Shown: piece by piece, positions 61,866 to 64,000 of the stretch
How the letters are laid out: every line of letters starts with the position of its first letter
Position numbering within the stretch: position 1 is the first letter of the stretch
Source of the DNA: an uncultured delta proteobacterium
GTDB lineage: Bacteria > Desulfobacterota > Binatia > DP-6
Length of the DNA: 64,000 bases
NCBI GenBank assembly: GCA_963815115.1
Contig: CAWFFN010000009.1
Coordinates: 672,001 to 736,000, forward strand
Direction: 5' to 3'
Position numbers and translations under genes: made by a program
Notes under the pieces: generated by a model
Told to the model about the DNA's origin: nothing
What the model saw: the letters and a program-made list of their open reading frames with translations, nothing else
Database searches by the model: none

Positions 61866-61890
61866 ATCGGTCGCGGCCCACCGGGCGATC

Positions 61891-62319
61891 GTGACGGTCA
61901 CGACGCGCGGGCGGCGCCTGCCGAGCCTGGCAGATCGGGTCGCGCGCCGCGGGCGACGCCTGCTGGCGGCGCTCCGGCTCCCCGGTGCGGAGCTCTCGCT
62001 CGTGCTGGTGTCCGACACGGTGATGCGGCGGCTGAACCGTGACTGGCGCGGCGCGGACCGGCCCACCGACGTGCTCTCGTTCGCGCAGGCCGAGGGCGCG
62101 GGCGGCGCGCCGCAGGGGCTCCTGGGCGACGTGGTCATCTCCGTCGACACCGCGCGCCGGCAGGCGGCCGAGCGCGCGGCGCCGCTGACGCGCGAGCTCG
62201 ACCGTCTGCTGATTCACGGGGTGCTGCACCTCCTCGGATACGACCACGAGCGCTCGCCCGCCGAGGCGCGGCGCATGCAACGCCGGGAGCGCCAGCTCGC
62301 CCGGCGCCTCGACAAGTGA
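61891..62319 (+). CDS. ybeY: rRNA maturation RNase YbeY
   Basis: [34 protein letters not shown]. Confidence 0.95.
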   Translation: MTVTTRGRRLPSLADRVARRGRRLLAALRLPGAELSLVLVSDTVMRRLNRDWRGADRPTDVLSFAQAEGAGGAPQGLLGDVVISVDTARRQAAERAAPLTRELDRLLIHGVLHLLGYDHERSPAEARRMQRRERQLARRLDK

Positions 62320-62337
62320 GGCGGACGAGGGCGGACG

Positions 62338-64000
62338 ATGGGCGACCTGGCGATGGTGGGGACGAACGGCGCCGGCGGCGCCACGGTGGCGGTTGCCGAG
62401 ACGCCGCGGTGGCGCTTCGGCGTGCCGCTCGCCGCCCTCAGCGGGCTCTGCCTGGCGGCCGCGTTTCCCTCGCTGGAGATCGCGCCGCTCGCCTGGATCG
62501 GCCTCGTGCCGCTGCTGCTCGCGATCCGCGGCCGATCGCCCCTGCGGGCGTTCGGGCTCGGCTGGATCACCGGGACCGTCTTCTATCTCGCCACCTGCTA
62601 CTGGATCGTCTACACCATCGGACACTACACCGCGTTGCCGCGACCGGTGGCGGCGGGCGTGCTGTTCCTGATGGCGGGCGCGCTCGGGTGCTATCACGGT
62701 GCCTTCGCCCTCGGCGTCGCCTGGTTCGAGCGCCGCCGTCTGCCCTCGATCTGGCTGGCGCCGGCGCTCTGGGTGATGCTCGAGTGGCTGCGGGGATGGT
62801 TCTTCATCGGCTTTCCGTGGGCCGCGCTCGGCTACTCGCAGTATCGCTTCCACGACCTCGTGCAGATGGCCGAGGTGACCGGCGTGTACGGCGTGTCCGC
62901 CGTGCTCGTCCTGTTCAACATGGTGGTCGCCGCCGTGCTGCTCGCGCGCGGCCGCGGGGCGCGGCGCAACCTTCCGGCGCTCGCCACGCTCACGCTGCTC
63001 CTCGTCGTGCTCCTCGGGCTCGGGCGCTGGCGTGTCGCCGAGCTGGATGTGCTGCCCGCCGCCGGCCACATTCGCGTCGGTCTGGCCCAGGGCAACGTCG
63101 AGCAGGACAGGAAATGGGATCCCGCATTCCAGGACGAGACCATGCGCCGCTACCGCGAGCTCACGCTCGCCGCGTCCCACGAGCATCCCGCGCTGATCGT
63201 CTGGCCGGAGACGGCCGCGCCGTTCTTCTTCCAGGAGGCCGGACCGCACCGCGACGACGTGCTGGCGCTGTCCCGCGAGGCCGGCGTGCCCATCGTCTTC
63301 GGCAGCCCCGCCTTCCGGCAGACCGCGTCGGGGCGCCTCCAGCAGCTGAACCGCGTCTATCTCGTCGACGCCAGCGGTCGCGAGCTCGACACCTACGACA
63401 AGATGCAGCTCGTGCCCTTCGGCGAGTACGTTCCCTATGCGGGCGTGCTCTTCTTCGTCAGCCAGGTGGTGACGGCGGTGGGGCAGCTGGGGGCCGGGAT
63501 CGTGCCGACCGTATTCCAGATCCCGGAGGGCCGCTTCGGCGCGCTCATCTGCTACGAGGGCATCTTTCCGGCGCTCACGCGGCGGTTCGTGGACGGCGGA
63601 GCGCAGTTCCTGGTCAACGTGACCAACGACGCCTGGTACGGCAATACCTCGGCTCCCTACCAGCACCTGGCCCAGGCGGCGTTCCGCACGGTCGAGAACC
63701 GCGTGCCGATGGTGCGGGCGGCGAATACCGGCATCAGCGCCGTCATCGACGCCGACGGCCAGATTCGCTGGGAGGGCCCGCTCTTCGAGATGCTGTGGCA
63801 CGTCGACGAGATCCAGTGGACGGGCGTGCGCACGTTCTACACCCGCTACGGCGACGCGTTCGTCTGGCTCTGCGTCGCGGTGACCGTGGCCGCGATCGTG
63901 CTCGGCGTTCGCCGGCGCGGCGGCGCACGCCCGAGAGGATGGCGCGGCGACGGCTCCGGTCGGGAGCACCGAGCCGTCGCCGGAAGCCTCGGCAGTCAGT
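62338..64000 (+). CDS. lnt: Apolipoprotein N-acyltransferase (runs off the window)
   Basis: Manual translation: TM helices, EWLRG...GFPW..LGYSQ, QGN, WPETA, YDKMQLVPFGEY, ICYEG, TNDAWYG, RAANTGIS; no stop before 64000. Confidence 0.95.
   Translation, partial: MGDLAMVGTNGAGGATVAVAETPRWRFGVPLAALSGLCLAAAFPSLEIAPLAWIGLVPLLLAIRGRSPLRAFGLGWITGTVFYLATCYWIVYTIGHYTALPRPVAAGVLFLMAGALGCYHGAFALGVAWFERRRLPSIWLAPALWVMLEWLRGWFFIGFPWAALGYSQYRFHDLVQMAEVTGVYGVSAVLVLFNMVVAAVLLARGRGARRNLPALATLTLLLVVLLGLGRWRVAELDVLPAAGHIRVGLAQGNVEQDRKWDPAFQDETMRRYRELTLAASHEHPALIVWPETAAPFFFQEAGPHRDDVLALSREAGVPIVFGSPAFRQTASGRLQQLNRVYLVDASGRELDTYDKMQLVPFGEYVPYAGVLFFVSQVVTAVGQLGAGIVPTVFQIPEGRFGALICYEGIFPALTRRFVDGGAQFLVNVTNDAWYGNTSAPYQHLAQAAFRTVENRVPMVRAANTGISAVIDADGQIRWEGPLFEMLWHVDEIQWTGVRTFYTRYGDAFVWLCVAVTVAAIVLGVRRRGGARPRGWRGDGSGREHRAVAGSLGSQ

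Overview
GC-rich bacterial chromosomal window. Gene content suggests a deltaproteobacteria-like lineage such as Ca. Binatota, but this is inference only. The left arm is core genes: carotenoid-oxygenase/TetR, ahcY, hemW, lexA, mltG, ruvX, M23 peptidase, GDPD, IMPase, and pgpA-cinA-thpR-recA-recX. The right arm is alaS-phoH-ybeY-lnt. Best candidate for a novel system: a module sitting between cinA and thpR, in which two tandem-duplicated secreted His/Lys-rich peptides, each with its own AAC-N16/17-CGTC ECF-type promoter, precede an ECF sigma factor, a zinc-binding anti-sigma factor and a periplasmic CnrX/ZraP/Spy-like helical protein. Between recX and alaS lies about 41 kb of accessory DNA. It holds three large STAND-type ATPase/TPR regulators, an orphan H-NOX, several secreted proteins (di-heme beta-propeller, PI-PLC-like, Cys-rich repeats), a recurrent GAAC-N3-GTTC-N9/10-GAACGCC motif, 11-bp phased repeats and a kup/histidine-kinase deletion scar. 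No rRNA, tRNA, CRISPR array, integrase or transposase was recognised. All product calls come from reading motifs by eye; no database search was run.
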